From NCBI GenBank assembly GCA_903832855.1, contig CAILDB010000012.1, positions 4,368-68,367 of the forward strand: 64,000 bases of DNA, written 5' to 3'. The first letter of the stretch is position 1. Every line of letters begins with the position of its first letter. The notes beneath the pieces are model-generated. The model did no database searches. It was given only the letters and a program-made list of their open reading frames with translations, and was not told where the DNA came from. The translations under genes and the position numbers were made by a program. Of the stretch, positions 9,959 through 19,547 are shown piece after piece. This DNA is from an uncultured bacterium (lineage in GTDB: Bacteria; Patescibacteriota; Minisyncoccia; Phycocordibacterales; GWA1-40-21).

Positions 9959-10085
9959 TGAATTTTGGCATCGGGTTTTCGGAAAAACCCAAATGAGCTA
10001 AATCTAATCTTATATCAAAAGTATTTTTTGTCTGAAGTTTTTTATATTATAGGAGGTTTTTCAATGCCAAAATCTACTACTGGGT
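9950..10085. repeat. 136-bp element bounded by 22-bp imperfect inverted repeats (CCC-GTAGT family)
   Basis: ACCCAGTAGTGAATTTTGGCAT ... ATGCCAAAATCTACTACTGGGT. The left arm contains the rpsP stop. Confidence 0.75.
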
Positions 10086-10189
10086 GTTGTTTGCATTTTA
10101 TTTTTATGATACACTTTGAATAGGCAGTATAAATAAATTTACAGGTCGAATTACTGCATGATAATAATGAATTAATTTACAAAAAAAAT

Positions 10190-10531
10190 ATGTCAGAAAA
10201 CGATGTAAAGTTTCTTGAGTATGTTGTGAAAGCTCTTGTGGATGTTCCAGACAAAGTGGTCATTACAAGGACAGTAGATGAAATGGGTGTTTTACTTACT
10301 CTTACAGTAGACAATGCCGATATGGGCAAAGTTATTGGAAGACTCGGTAACACAGCCAAAGCCATCAGAACACTTCTTAGAGTTGTCGGTATGAAAAACA
10401 ATTCAAGAGTGAACTTGAAAATCAACGAACCAGAAGGAAGCACAAGAGGAGAATTTGTCGCTGGTGCAGCTAGACCAGAAATGAAATCTTCCAAGACCGT
10501 AGACGAAGCAATGGCAGATCTCAAGTTCTAG
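10190..10531 (+). CDS. khpA: KH-domain RNA-binding protein (KhpA/YlqC family)
   Basis: DMGKVIGRLGNTAKAIRT KH motif, located between rpsP and trmD. Confidence 0.88.
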   Translation: MSENDVKFLEYVVKALVDVPDKVVITRTVDEMGVLLTLTVDNADMGKVIGRLGNTAKAIRTLLRVVGMKNNSRVNLKINEPEGSTRGEFVAGAARPEMKSSKTVDEAMADLKF

Positions 10532-10617
10532 TTTCAATTAAATTAGAAAATTTCAAAACCGCTCGCAAGGGCGGTTTTGATTTGCTATTTTTGTATTTTT
10601 GTGGTATTTTAAGTAAA

Positions 10618-11343
10618 ATGAATTTTCATATTATTACATTATTTCCAGAGTCATTTAGCTCGTATTTGAATGAGTCAATCTTGGCACGGGCGATAAAAAA
10701 TAAATTTTTGAAAGTGGAATTTTACAATCCGCGAGATTTTGTGAAGCCGACGAAAGTACAGGCAAAAAAAAATAAGCCGTATCTGAGAGTTGATGATATT
10801 CCATATGGTGGAGGTCCTGGAATGATAATGCAAGCGGAGCCAGTGGCAAAAGCTGTTGAAGTTATATTGAAAAAAATAAAAAATCCCGGTAGTAAAATTC
10901 TGAAGACAGAATTTACTACGGGACTTCGCCGTAATAAGAATGTTAAGATAATCTTTTTGGTACCCGATGGAAAGATGTTTGATACGAGTTATGCGAAATT
11001 AACGGCTCGGAAATATTCCGATATTATAATAATTTGCGGAAGATATGAAGGAATAGACGAGAGAATAAATAAAATATTTAAGACGGACAAAATTTCCGTA
11101 GGAAATTTTGTCCTGACTGGTGGGGAATTACCGGCAATGATTATTTTGGATTGTATGGCAAGGCAAATCGATGGAGTTCTCGGAAATTTTTCATCTCGCG
11201 AAGAAGAACGTGTTGCAAGTAGTGAAGTTTACACTCGCCCAGAAGTTTTGACTTTCAAAAACAAAAAGTATGCCGTTCCAAAAATCCTTTTGTCCGGAAA
11301 TCACGCCAAAATTGAGGAATGGAGAAACCATGGCAAGGTCTGA
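10618..11343 (+). CDS. trmD: tRNA (guanine37-N1)-methyltransferase
   Basis: VDD-PYGGGPGM, CGRYEGIDER, GGELPAM, YTRP, LLSGNH. Confidence 0.96.
   Translation: MNFHIITLFPESFSSYLNESILARAIKNKFLKVEFYNPRDFVKPTKVQAKKNKPYLRVDDIPYGGGPGMIMQAEPVAKAVEVILKKIKNPGSKILKTEFTTGLRRNKNVKIIFLVPDGKMFDTSYAKLTARKYSDIIIICGRYEGIDERINKIFKTDKISVGNFVLTGGELPAMIILDCMARQIDGVLGNFSSREEERVASSEVYTRPEVLTFKNKKYAVPKILLSGNHAKIEEWRNHGKV
10884..10923. repeat. Palindrome of the CCC-GTAGT family inside trmD
   Basis: TCCCGGTAGTAAAATTCTG-AAGA-CAGAATTTACTACGGGA. Confidence 0.7.
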
Positions 11344-11350
11344 CCTTGCC
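11332..11350. repeat. CAAGGTCnGACCTTG palindrome containing the trmD stop
   Basis: GGCAAGGTCTGACCTTGCC. Confidence 0.7.
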
Positions 11351-11406
11351 ATGGGATGGAATTTTTTTATTCATTACTTTCAATTTTGTATGTTAGAATA
11401 ACTTCT

Positions 11407-13071
11407 ATGACACAAAAGCAAGCGCTGGATATTTTGAAAATGGGTTTTAATTGCTACATTACGGGAGCGGCTGGAAGCGGTAAGACGCATCTTTTGAATG
11501 AGTATATAAATTTTTTGAAAAATAAGGGAGTGGATGTTGGTGTGACTGCGTCAACGGGAATTGCGGCGACTCACCTCGGTGGTTCTACAATACATTCTTG
11601 GGCGGGGATTGGAATCAAAGATGAAATGAGTAATTATGATTTGGAAGATTTGGAAAGTAAAAAATATATTTATGACAGATTGAAAAATACGCAGGTGCTT
11701 GTGATTGATGAAATCTCAATGCTTCATCATTTTCGACTTGACCTTGTGGACTTGGTGGCGAGACATCTTCGCAGAGTGGATGCACCTTTTGGTGGAATGC
11801 AGGTGATATTGTGCGGAGACTTTTTTCAGCTTCCGCCGATTTCAAGAATGGGAGAGAGAGAATCACACTTTTCTTACAAATCCTCGGCATGGAGGGATTT
11901 AAATTTAAAATTTTGTTATCTGGAGGAACAGCATAGGCAGAAAGAGGGGAATCTTCTTAGAGTTCTAAATGACATCCGTGGAAATTGTGTGAGCGAAGTT
12001 ACGATTGAGATTTTGGAAGGAAGAAAAAATCAAAAAACTTTGCAAAATATTGAGCCGACGCGCCTGCATACTCATAATATAAATGTAGATACAATAAATG
12101 ATGGGGAGCTTAACAAAATTTCTGGACAGACTTTTATTTTTAATATGGAAAGTAAGGGCAGACAGCCACTTGTGGATATTTTGAAAAAAAGTTGTCTTGC
12201 TCCGGAAGTTTTGAAATTGAAAATTGGTGCAAAAGTAATGTTTGTAAAAAATAATCCTGAACTTGGATTTGCAAACGGAACGCTCGGAAAAATTGTTGAT
12301 TGCAGGTACGGACATCCGAGGGTTTTGACGACTTCAAATAAAATAATTGACGTGGAACCAGCGACTTGGATGATAGAGGAAGAAGGAAAGTTGAAAGCAC
12401 AAATTCAGCAGTTTCCACTTCGCCTGGCATGGGCGATAACCGTGCACAAAAGCCAAGGAATGAGTTTGGATGCCGTGGAGGTGGATTTGTCAAAATCATT
12501 TGAAAAAGGCATGGGATATGTCGCCCTTTCGCGTGTGAGGTCCCTAGAAGGCCTAAATTTGCTCGGACTCAATGGTGTGGCCCTTTCTGTAAATGACGAG
12601 GTTTTGGAGTATGACGAGATGTTTCGTAAGAGGTCAGAAATTGATGTGAAATTTTTGGAGGCGATGGATGAGAGCGAAAAGTCGGAAAGACAGGCGAAAT
12701 TTTTGGAAAAAATTTCGCCTGCTGACGGCTCCGTTCACGGCAAAAAAAAAGTTTCCGCTTCCGACAAAGTTAAGGAAATGATTTTGGAAGAAAGAGGTTT
12801 GAAAGAAATTGCAAAAATAAAAAATGTAACAATAGATACCGTCATTGCTCACTTAGAAAAAATAATTGAAAAAGATCCAAGCATTGATATTTCATATTTA
12901 AAAAAAGAAGTCCCGACAAACAAATTTATAAAAATATATTCCGCTTTCAAAGATTTGTATGGTGATAACCGCGACTTCCTGTTGTCCCCAGTTAAAAACA
13001 AACTTGGAAATGGTTTTACTTTTGAAGAATTGAAGGTGGTGAGGTTGTTTGTAAAAAAAGCACTGTCTTAA
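11407..13071 (+). CDS. PIF1-family 5'-3' DNA helicase with C-terminal helix-turn-helix
   Basis: GAAGSGKT, DEISM, GDFFQLPP, QFPLRLAWAITVHKSQG, YVALSR. Confidence 0.9.
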   Translation: MTQKQALDILKMGFNCYITGAAGSGKTHLLNEYINFLKNKGVDVGVTASTGIAATHLGGSTIHSWAGIGIKDEMSNYDLEDLESKKYIYDRLKNTQVLVIDEISMLHHFRLDLVDLVARHLRRVDAPFGGMQVILCGDFFQLPPISRMGERESHFSYKSSAWRDLNLKFCYLEEQHRQKEGNLLRVLNDIRGNCVSEVTIEILEGRKNQKTLQNIEPTRLHTHNINVDTINDGELNKISGQTFIFNMESKGRQPLVDILKKSCLAPEVLKLKIGAKVMFVKNNPELGFANGTLGKIVDCRYGHPRVLTTSNKIIDVEPATWMIEEEGKLKAQIQQFPLRLAWAITVHKSQGMSLDAVEVDLSKSFEKGMGYVALSRVRSLEGLNLLGLNGVALSVNDEVLEYDEMFRKRSEIDVKFLEAMDESEKSERQAKFLEKISPADGSVHGKKKVSASDKVKEMILEERGLKEIAKIKNVTIDTVIAHLEKIIEKDPSIDISYLKKEVPTNKFIKIYSAFKDLYGDNRDFLLSPVKNKLGNGFTFEELKVVRLFVKKALS

Positions 13072-13115
13072 AAAAGTAGATTAACAAGACACAGATTTTA
13101 GTATAGAATAACAGT

Positions 13116-15422
13116 ATGAAGTTTGAACAATTAGGGCAAAAAACGGACTCGCAAGGTGAAATTTCAGCTCAGGAAAGCGAGCTCTTTATGATGGCCAAAA
13201 TGGAAACCGCAGATGAAAAAATTTTGGAACAATTTACACTAGAACAACAAAAAGAAATCAAAGAGAAACAAAAAATTCTTTCCTCCCTGGCTTATTATAT
13301 CAGCAAGGATTTTCAGATACCTATCGTTTTAGGTTTGCCAACAAAAGAATGTCCAAGCGGTTGGAAGTGGGTAAAAAATATGAAAGATGGAACGCAATTT
13401 ATTCAAATGAATGCTCATGATTTATTGACTAAGCCAATGGACTATCTACGCTTTGTCACTTCTCACGAAGGTGGACATGCCAGGATATCTCGTTTTGATT
13501 TCGTTGATATGACAGTTTATAACGAAAGAGGTTTTTCTTTTTTATTGAATGCCATAGAAGATCCACGAGACAATAATTTTGTGGCGGCTAACTATCCGCG
13601 TTTTGCCGAGCAGATGAAGCTGATTTATGAACAAGAGGAGATTTCAGAAAAAGAAACAAAGAAAAAAGCCAGTGATATGTTTGGTTTTCAACCTAGATTT
13701 ATGCAGGCTGGTTTTGAGTATATAAGACAATGGTATCGGGAAAGGACGAAGCAAAGTGCGGATATTTCCGCCGAATTACCAGCTGAAGTGCGAGCCGTCG
13801 TTAAAAAGACTATGGAATCAGCCAGCGGTGCTTGGAAAACTTATCCCACAAAAGAATTAGCCGATAAAGGTGGTGTTTTGTCTAGTGGTCAAAAAGTAGA
13901 TGGGGAGAAAATGATAACCGAATATGCCAAGCAATCATATGAAATTATTTTGGAAGAAATCTGGCCGGAATATCAGAAATTAGTAGAAAAAGATTTAGAG
14001 GATCAGAAAATGTCTGAACTACTAAAGGATCTTCAAAAAGAAAAACAGGAAAGAGAACAAGGTGAATCTGGTGATGAAAAAGGAAGTAAAAGTGGTGAAA
14101 AAAAAGATGGGGAGGGGAAAGGTGGGGACGGGTTACCAAAAGAATTAAAGGATAAGCTATCACCAGAAGAACAAAAAGAGCTTGAGAAAGCTATAGACAA
14201 AGCAATAGAAGATTCGAAAAAAGACGCAGAAAAATCAGAAGGTCAAGATACAGGTAAATTCAAAGCTATAGATATAGATTCACTTTCACCAGAATTGAAA
14301 AAGAAAATTCAGGATTTCTTGGATTCCTTGCCGGAAGAAAAGAAAAAAGAATTAGCAGAAAAAGCTGAGAAAGATCTGAGAGATTTTGAGAAGGAAATTG
14401 AAAAGGAAAGAGAGGGGAAATTGGTGGAAAATCCAGAGGAGAGAGAAAAAAGAGAAAGTGCGGAAAAATCGGAAAGAGAAAAAGAATTAGAGAAAGATAA
14501 AGACACGGAGGATGCTGATAAAAAAGAAAAAACGGATAAGAAAAAAGAACTGGATGAAAAAAAAGAAGCAGAAGAGAAGAGAAATAAAATAATAAAAGAT
14601 TCCGAAGAAATGCTTGAAAGAGTGAGAAAAAGCCTAAAGGGGCAAGAAAATGAATATCAAACAGAAATGAAACGGCTAGCCCCACAGATCAATTCTCTGA
14701 AAGAAAAATTAGCCGAAATATTTCAAGAGAGAAGGAAAAGAGGCATTAAAACTGGTTTTGAGGAAGGAGAAGAAATAGATGTGGAAAGACGCTTGCAAGA
14801 AAAAGCTAAGGGTATTTCTATTTTTGAGAGCCGTGCTTGGAGACGAACGGAATTACCAAAAGAGAAGGATTATGCAATTTCCTTGCTTGTAGATTTGTCT
14901 GGTTCAATGGAAGGTGAAAGAATAAAAGAGGCATTTGAAGCGACTGTCCTTTTTACTGAGGTCTTGAATTCTCTGGGTATAAAAACAGAAATCTTGGGTT
15001 TTAACGATCGCCTCTACGAATATCAAAAATTTAATGACCGACTTTCTGGGGATATAAGAAAAAAAATAATTACGATGGAAAGTCGAGTTCATTTGTCTGG
15101 GAGTGGATATAATGATGATGGTTGGGCTGTTACTGAAACGGCAAAAAGATTACAAGCAAGAAAAGAAAAAGAGAAACTTTTGCTGGTTATTTCTGATGGT
15201 GAGCCAGTAAATTCAAACAGACATGATGGTCCAGAATACGAGCTTGGAACGGTGGTAGAAAAAATAATGAGAGAGGGTGAAGTAAAAATAGTCGGACTTG
15301 GCTTGGGCCGTTCGGGAGTGGACGCTGTTAAGCAATTTTACCCAAAACATCTATTAGCTAATAGTGCCGAGCAAATGATTGAAAAGATTGGTGATCTGCT
15401 TTTAGAAGTAATAAAAGGGTGA
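13116..15422 (+). CDS. Large vWA protein (N-terminal HExxH region, charged linker, C-terminal MIDAS vWA), MoxR partner
   Basis: HEGGH and NAIEDPR in the N-terminal part, DLSGS..SDGEP MIDAS, upstream of the MoxR ATPase. Confidence 0.85.
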   Translation: MKFEQLGQKTDSQGEISAQESELFMMAKMETADEKILEQFTLEQQKEIKEKQKILSSLAYYISKDFQIPIVLGLPTKECPSGWKWVKNMKDGTQFIQMNAHDLLTKPMDYLRFVTSHEGGHARISRFDFVDMTVYNERGFSFLLNAIEDPRDNNFVAANYPRFAEQMKLIYEQEEISEKETKKKASDMFGFQPRFMQAGFEYIRQWYRERTKQSADISAELPAEVRAVVKKTMESASGAWKTYPTKELADKGGVLSSGQKVDGEKMITEYAKQSYEIILEEIWPEYQKLVEKDLEDQKMSELLKDLQKEKQEREQGESGDEKGSKSGEKKDGEGKGGDGLPKELKDKLSPEEQKELEKAIDKAIEDSKKDAEKSEGQDTGKFKAIDIDSLSPELKKKIQDFLDSLPEEKKKELAEKAEKDLRDFEKEIEKEREGKLVENPEEREKRESAEKSEREKELEKDKDTEDADKKEKTDKKKELDEKKEAEEKRNKIIKDSEEMLERVRKSLKGQENEYQTEMKRLAPQINSLKEKLAEIFQERRKRGIKTGFEEGEEIDVERRLQEKAKGISIFESRAWRRTELPKEKDYAISLLVDLSGSMEGERIKEAFEATVLFTEVLNSLGIKTEILGFNDRLYEYQKFNDRLSGDIRKKIITMESRVHLSGSGYNDDGWAVTETAKRLQARKEKEKLLLVISDGEPVNSNRHDGPEYELGTVVEKIMREGEVKIVGLGLGRSGVDAVKQFYPKHLLANSAEQMIEKIGDLLLEVIKG

Positions 15423-15434
15423 TATAATAAACAT

Positions 15435-15842
15435 ATGTCCATTTCATTAAGAGATTTTATAAAAACCGCTGAGAAATCCAAAGAAGCTTCTATTTTGGTT
15501 GCCGAAATGACGATGGATATGTCCGAATATTCAAAATTATTGGAAAATTTAGGTTATTTTTGTGTAGTTGATTCTAGTGAAGCACAAAAATATTTTGGAG
15601 AGGGTAGGAAAGTTTATGGGGTTGTATCAGAAAAAAACGCAGATTTTTATTATACCTTGGCCAAGGACTATGCTGGAGGAGATATCCATCTTTTTGATTT
15701 TGTTAAAAAAGAAAAAATCTGGATTACGCCAAATAGAGAGACCTCGGCTTTTGTTTTGATAATTCAGCTAAAGGATATTGAAAATCTCAAATCAAAAGGT
15801 TATGATTTTTCCACTGTTTGCGAGTCGGCTTATAGAAAATAA
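15435..15842 (+). CDS. Hypothetical protein in the vWA-MoxR operon
   Basis: Tightly spaced ORF between vWA and AAA genes. Confidence 0.7.
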   Translation: MSISLRDFIKTAEKSKEASILVAEMTMDMSEYSKLLENLGYFCVVDSSEAQKYFGEGRKVYGVVSEKNADFYYTLAKDYAGGDIHLFDFVKKEKIWITPNRETSAFVLIIQLKDIENLKSKGYDFSTVCESAYRK

Positions 15843-15870
15843 ATTATTATAAAATTAAATAAATAAAAAA

Positions 15871-17850
15871 ATGGAAGGACTACCAATAATACAAAATCCA
15901 GAGATACCAGAGGAGATACCAAAAAGAAAACCAGAAAAAATAAAATTTGGTAAGCTTGGCGTTGCCCTTGAAGTAGCTGAGAATAGAGGTAATGCTCGAG
16001 ATACGAGAGAATATGAGGATGATTTTAAGATTCCAACCATTGAATGGATGGAGGGTGAGATTGCTATGGCATTTCGAGAAAATGAACCGATTTTGATTGA
16101 GGGTGGAACTGGTATTGGTAAAACAAGGACAGTGGAGAGGATGTGTGCCCAACTTGGTTATGAATTATATAAGCTTCCTTGTTCTTCCTCTACCACAGAA
16201 AGGGAAATGATGGGGCGTTATGTTTCCAATTCCGAACGAAAGTCAAAATTAGATCCAGAAGTCATTTTTGCTCTTGGGGTTATTGCCGAAGGGCTCAAGG
16301 AGGAACCTGGTAAAATAAAAGTTATATATTTAGACGAAATAAATGCTATGGACGGAGCTGTCGGTGCCAGATTGCATGATATTTTAGATGAAGCAAAAAA
16401 AGAAAAAGTAAAGGGAAGAGTAAAACTTGTGGAAGATGCTGGAGAAGTTTTAGAATTTGATCCTAAAAGAGTAAAGATAGTGGCTACGATGAACTCCGCC
16501 GATTCAAAAAATACTCACGCCCAGAAATTATCCGAGGCACTACTACGGCGTTTTACTTACAAGAGAACAGTAGATGAATTGCCAGACGTGGAATTTTTAA
16601 GCATTGCTTTACAAAAATTTCAATCAAATGAAATTCTGAAGGATTTACCGGGTATTTCCGATGAGGGGGAATTGATAAAGGCATACTCTGAATGTCATAA
16701 GGCCTTACAGGGTTTAAAAAGAAATAATCAGATTGGCGTAGGCGTCGCTCAAGATTTTAAATTTGAAGATATAGATTATCTAAAGAGAGTAATCAAAAAA
16801 GTGGCAGTATTTTGGGAAGACGGTATCTTTACCGATTTGCCATCGGCTTTCAGAGAGGCTGTAAAAATCGTTTATACCGGTATGATTGTTGATCCAACTG
16901 AAAGAAAAATGATGGAGGAACAGATTTCTAAATTGGATTTCAAGCCAGTGGAAGATCCCAACAGAAAAGGTTTGGATGACAGGAGAAAAGCCAAAAAGTT
17001 GGCTGAAGAAGCGGAAAGAAAAAAGAAAGAAGAGGCAGAAGCTTTGAAAGCTAAAACCGAGTTGGGCAGGGCTGAATTGGCACTTGAAGAAATCAAGAAA
17101 AAAGAGGCTAAATTAAAAATGGCACTCCGAAAAGGTAAAAAAGAGCTGTCTGGCGAGACGGCAGAAGCAGAAGAGATTTCAGTAGAATATAAAAGAAAAG
17201 ATACTAAAGGCAAAGAAAAATCCGAAACTATTTCTTTAAACTTTGAAAAAGAGCTTACTGATTGGACTGATTTTTATACTAAACACGGTATTGAGTTACC
17301 TGCAGATTTTGCTGAACAGATGCAAGACATATGGAATAGAAATGCAGATGTGATAACAGAAGCTATCAAAGAAAAAGGGTTCAATAATGTTTTATTTATT
17401 CCAGATGGCCTTCCTTCATTGTCTATTTTGGACGAAAAGATGACGGAAGGTTATGAAAAAGCAAAAGGAAACAAGACATATTGGGAAATGAAAAAAGAAG
17501 AAATCACGGAGAAAAGAAGCGGTGGTCGAATTATTTTACTTCACGATTCTATTGAACCAGATGATATTCCTGAATTGGCCGTAACCCTAGGAAAAACTGC
17601 CCAATCCTTTTTGGACGCCAAAGAAGAACTTACAGTTTCTGAATACCTACTTTTGCAAAGGGAAATATTTGAAAAAACGGGTAAACATATAGACGACAAA
17701 AGAACCAGTTGGGTTCCTGGTGCTAGGGTCGGTTCCGGTGTCGTTCGTGCCTGCTGGGGTCCTGATGGTGCGCAGGTGGGTGTGAATTCCGGTGCGCCTG
17801 GCGATTCCTTTTCTGATATTGGGTGCCGGCTCTCCCGCTGTTTCAAATAA
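15871..17850 (+). CDS. MoxR/AAA_5-type AAA+ ATPase fused to a DGR-variable CLec-like domain (DGR target 1)
   Basis: GGTGIGKT Walker A, YLDEIN Walker B, ATMN sensor 1, LSEALLRRF arginine finger, coiled linker, 3' VR matching the TR. Confidence 0.9.
   Translation: MEGLPIIQNPEIPEEIPKRKPEKIKFGKLGVALEVAENRGNARDTREYEDDFKIPTIEWMEGEIAMAFRENEPILIEGGTGIGKTRTVERMCAQLGYELYKLPCSSSTTEREMMGRYVSNSERKSKLDPEVIFALGVIAEGLKEEPGKIKVIYLDEINAMDGAVGARLHDILDEAKKEKVKGRVKLVEDAGEVLEFDPKRVKIVATMNSADSKNTHAQKLSEALLRRFTYKRTVDELPDVEFLSIALQKFQSNEILKDLPGISDEGELIKAYSECHKALQGLKRNNQIGVGVAQDFKFEDIDYLKRVIKKVAVFWEDGIFTDLPSAFREAVKIVYTGMIVDPTERKMMEEQISKLDFKPVEDPNRKGLDDRRKAKKLAEEAERKKKEEAEALKAKTELGRAELALEEIKKKEAKLKMALRKGKKELSGETAEAEEISVEYKRKDTKGKEKSETISLNFEKELTDWTDFYTKHGIELPADFAEQMQDIWNRNADVITEAIKEKGFNNVLFIPDGLPSLSILDEKMTEGYEKAKGNKTYWEMKKEEITEKRSGGRIILLHDSIEPDDIPELAVTLGKTAQSFLDAKEELTVSEYLLLQREIFEKTGKHIDDKRTSWVPGARVGSGVVRACWGPDGAQVGVNSGAPGDSFSDIGCRLSRCFK
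17725..17844 (+). repeat. DGR variable repeat VR1
   Basis: Gap-free alignment to the TR. Over 17728-17844, 17 of 20 mismatches fall at TR adenines. Confidence 0.95.
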
Positions 17851-17956
17851 GTTAGCTTTTAACTTTTATTATTTTAAATTCTTTTTTTAATTTTTTAATT
17901 TTAGCTTTAGAAAATTTACTGGTGGAATAATGTAAAATATGCTATAATAGATATAT

Positions 17957-18181
17957 ATGAAATTTAGACCAGCATTGTTTTGGGATACCAATCCAGATAA
18001 AATAGATATCCAAAAAAACGCTCAATATATAATTGAGCGAGTTTTGGATTTGGGTGAGGATAAGGAAGTAAGTTGGTTGTGGAAGACATATGACAAGTTA
18101 CTTCTTAAGAACACGGTATTAAAATCTAGGTCGCTTAGACCAAGTTCAAAAACATTATGGACTCTTCTTCTAAAAAGTTAA
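17957..18181 (+). CDS. Small DUF6922-like protein, probable antitoxin partner
   Basis: LFWD..IIERVL..G motif, overlaps the downstream nucleotidyltransferase gene. Confidence 0.7.
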   Translation: MKFRPALFWDTNPDKIDIQKNAQYIIERVLDLGEDKEVSWLWKTYDKLLLKNTVLKSRSLRPSSKTLWTLLLKS

Positions 18182-18837
18182 TAAATTGGCATTATGAAAT
18201 CTTGCCTGTTGAGACGAAACAGGCTCTTGATTTTTTGTCTAAGGAAAAATGGTTAGAAAAATCAGGATGGTATTTGGCTGGCGGGACAGCTCTAGCTTTG
18301 CAAGTAGGAAATCGTAGGTCTGTTGATTTGGATTTCTTCACAACCCAAAAAGATTTTGATGAGAAAAAATTATTAACCAATTTTATTGGAAATTCAAATT
18401 GGCAGACATCTGTAGAAGAAAAAAATACCATCTATGGAGTGCTTTTGAACGCAAAAATTAGTTTTATTGCCTATCCTTTTTTCGTTCCCAAACAAGAATT
18501 CATCCAATATGGCTCAATCAATGTTTTGTCGCCTATTGATATCGCGGTGATGAAGATAATCGCCGTTTCTCAAAGAGGAAGGAAGAGGGACTTCTTTGAC
18601 TTATATTGGTGTGCCAAAAATATTAAATCTTTAGACAATTTAATTACAAAATTAAAAGTTCAGTATCCTTCAGTGGCGCATGATTACAATCATATTTTGA
18701 AAAGTTTGGTTTATTTTGCCGATGCGGAAAGCGACCCAGAACCGGAAATATATTTTAAAGCAAGTTGGAAAGAAGTGAAAGATTTTTTTGAAAAAGAAAT
18801 TCCTAGAATAACAGTTGAATTAATCGGCTTAAATTAA
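18157..18837 (+). CDS. AbiEii/AbiGii-family nucleotidyltransferase (type IV TA toxin-like)
   Basis: YLAGGTALAL, R-S-x-DLDFF, K-x-x-A-x-x-x-R-x-x-x-RDFFDLY. Confidence 0.85.
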   Translation: MDSSSKKLINWHYEILPVETKQALDFLSKEKWLEKSGWYLAGGTALALQVGNRRSVDLDFFTTQKDFDEKKLLTNFIGNSNWQTSVEEKNTIYGVLLNAKISFIAYPFFVPKQEFIQYGSINVLSPIDIAVMKIIAVSQRGRKRDFFDLYWCAKNIKSLDNLITKLKVQYPSVAHDYNHILKSLVYFADAESDPEPEIYFKASWKEVKDFFEKEIPRITVELIGLN

Positions 18838-19044
18838 ATTCTTTGGTGAGTACGGTCTATGAGTTAGGAAATAGGCCTACCAAAGTGCCCAAGTAAGATA
18901 GAAGATGGCGAAGAGATGTCGCTGTAATGTCTTAAGTAAGGAGGGTAATAGATAAAGAAACAGCAGTTTGACCTTGGGGAATATGTCGCCCTAATAAATG
19001 GAGTATTGTTTCCATGATTGTCCTAGGTAAGGTCAGGCTAAAAG

Positions 19045-19164
19045 AGAGTCGGTTCCAATGTCGTTCGTGCCTACTGGAATCCTGATAATGCACAGGTGAA
19101 TGTGAATTCCAATTCGCCTGACAATTCCAATTCTAATATTGGTTGCCGGCTCTCCCGCCGTTTC
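19045..19164 (+). ncRNA. DGR template repeat (TR)
   Basis: Non-coding repeat with nine AAT codons in the target frame. Differs from VR1 and VR2 mainly at adenines and lies next to avd and RT. Confidence 0.93.
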
Positions 19165-19172
19165 GTTTATTA

Positions 19173-19547
19173 CTAATACCTTACACCTCTTTCATATTTC
19201 AGCCAGTTCATAGCTTGTTTACCTGCCTCTTGGAGATGATTCTCCATTTCCAGATATTTTGGTCCTTCAATCAGTTTACAATTTAAAGCCAGACGAAAGA
19301 GGATTTTGAGAAGTTCTATCTTGGTATTGGTTTGTGAGAGAAGTTTCTCCTTATCCAATTTATTGGCGCAATTTGCCATAATCGTCAGCTCCATTGCCGA
19401 TAAAGTAGTATTTTCTATCTTTTCACCAAGTGTGTATCTCTCAAATTTTGGTAGAGAGAAAATTATCTTATGCACTCTTTCATAAATGACAAAAAGTTCG
19501 GTGAGAAGTGGTATTTCTAATTTTTTAAAACTATGATTATTTTCCAT
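19173..19547 (-). CDS. avd: DGR accessory variability determinant (Avd-like four-helix bundle)
   Basis: 124 aa with LPKFERYTLGEKIE, LKILFRL and E-x-GKQ-x-x-x-W motifs, adjacent to TR and RT. Confidence 0.85.
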   Translation of the reverse strand: MENNHSFKKLEIPLLTELFVIYERVHKIIFSLPKFERYTLGEKIENTTLSAMELTIMANCANKLDKEKLLSQTNTKIELLKILFRLALNCKLIEGPKYLEMENHLQEAGKQAMNWLKYERGVRY

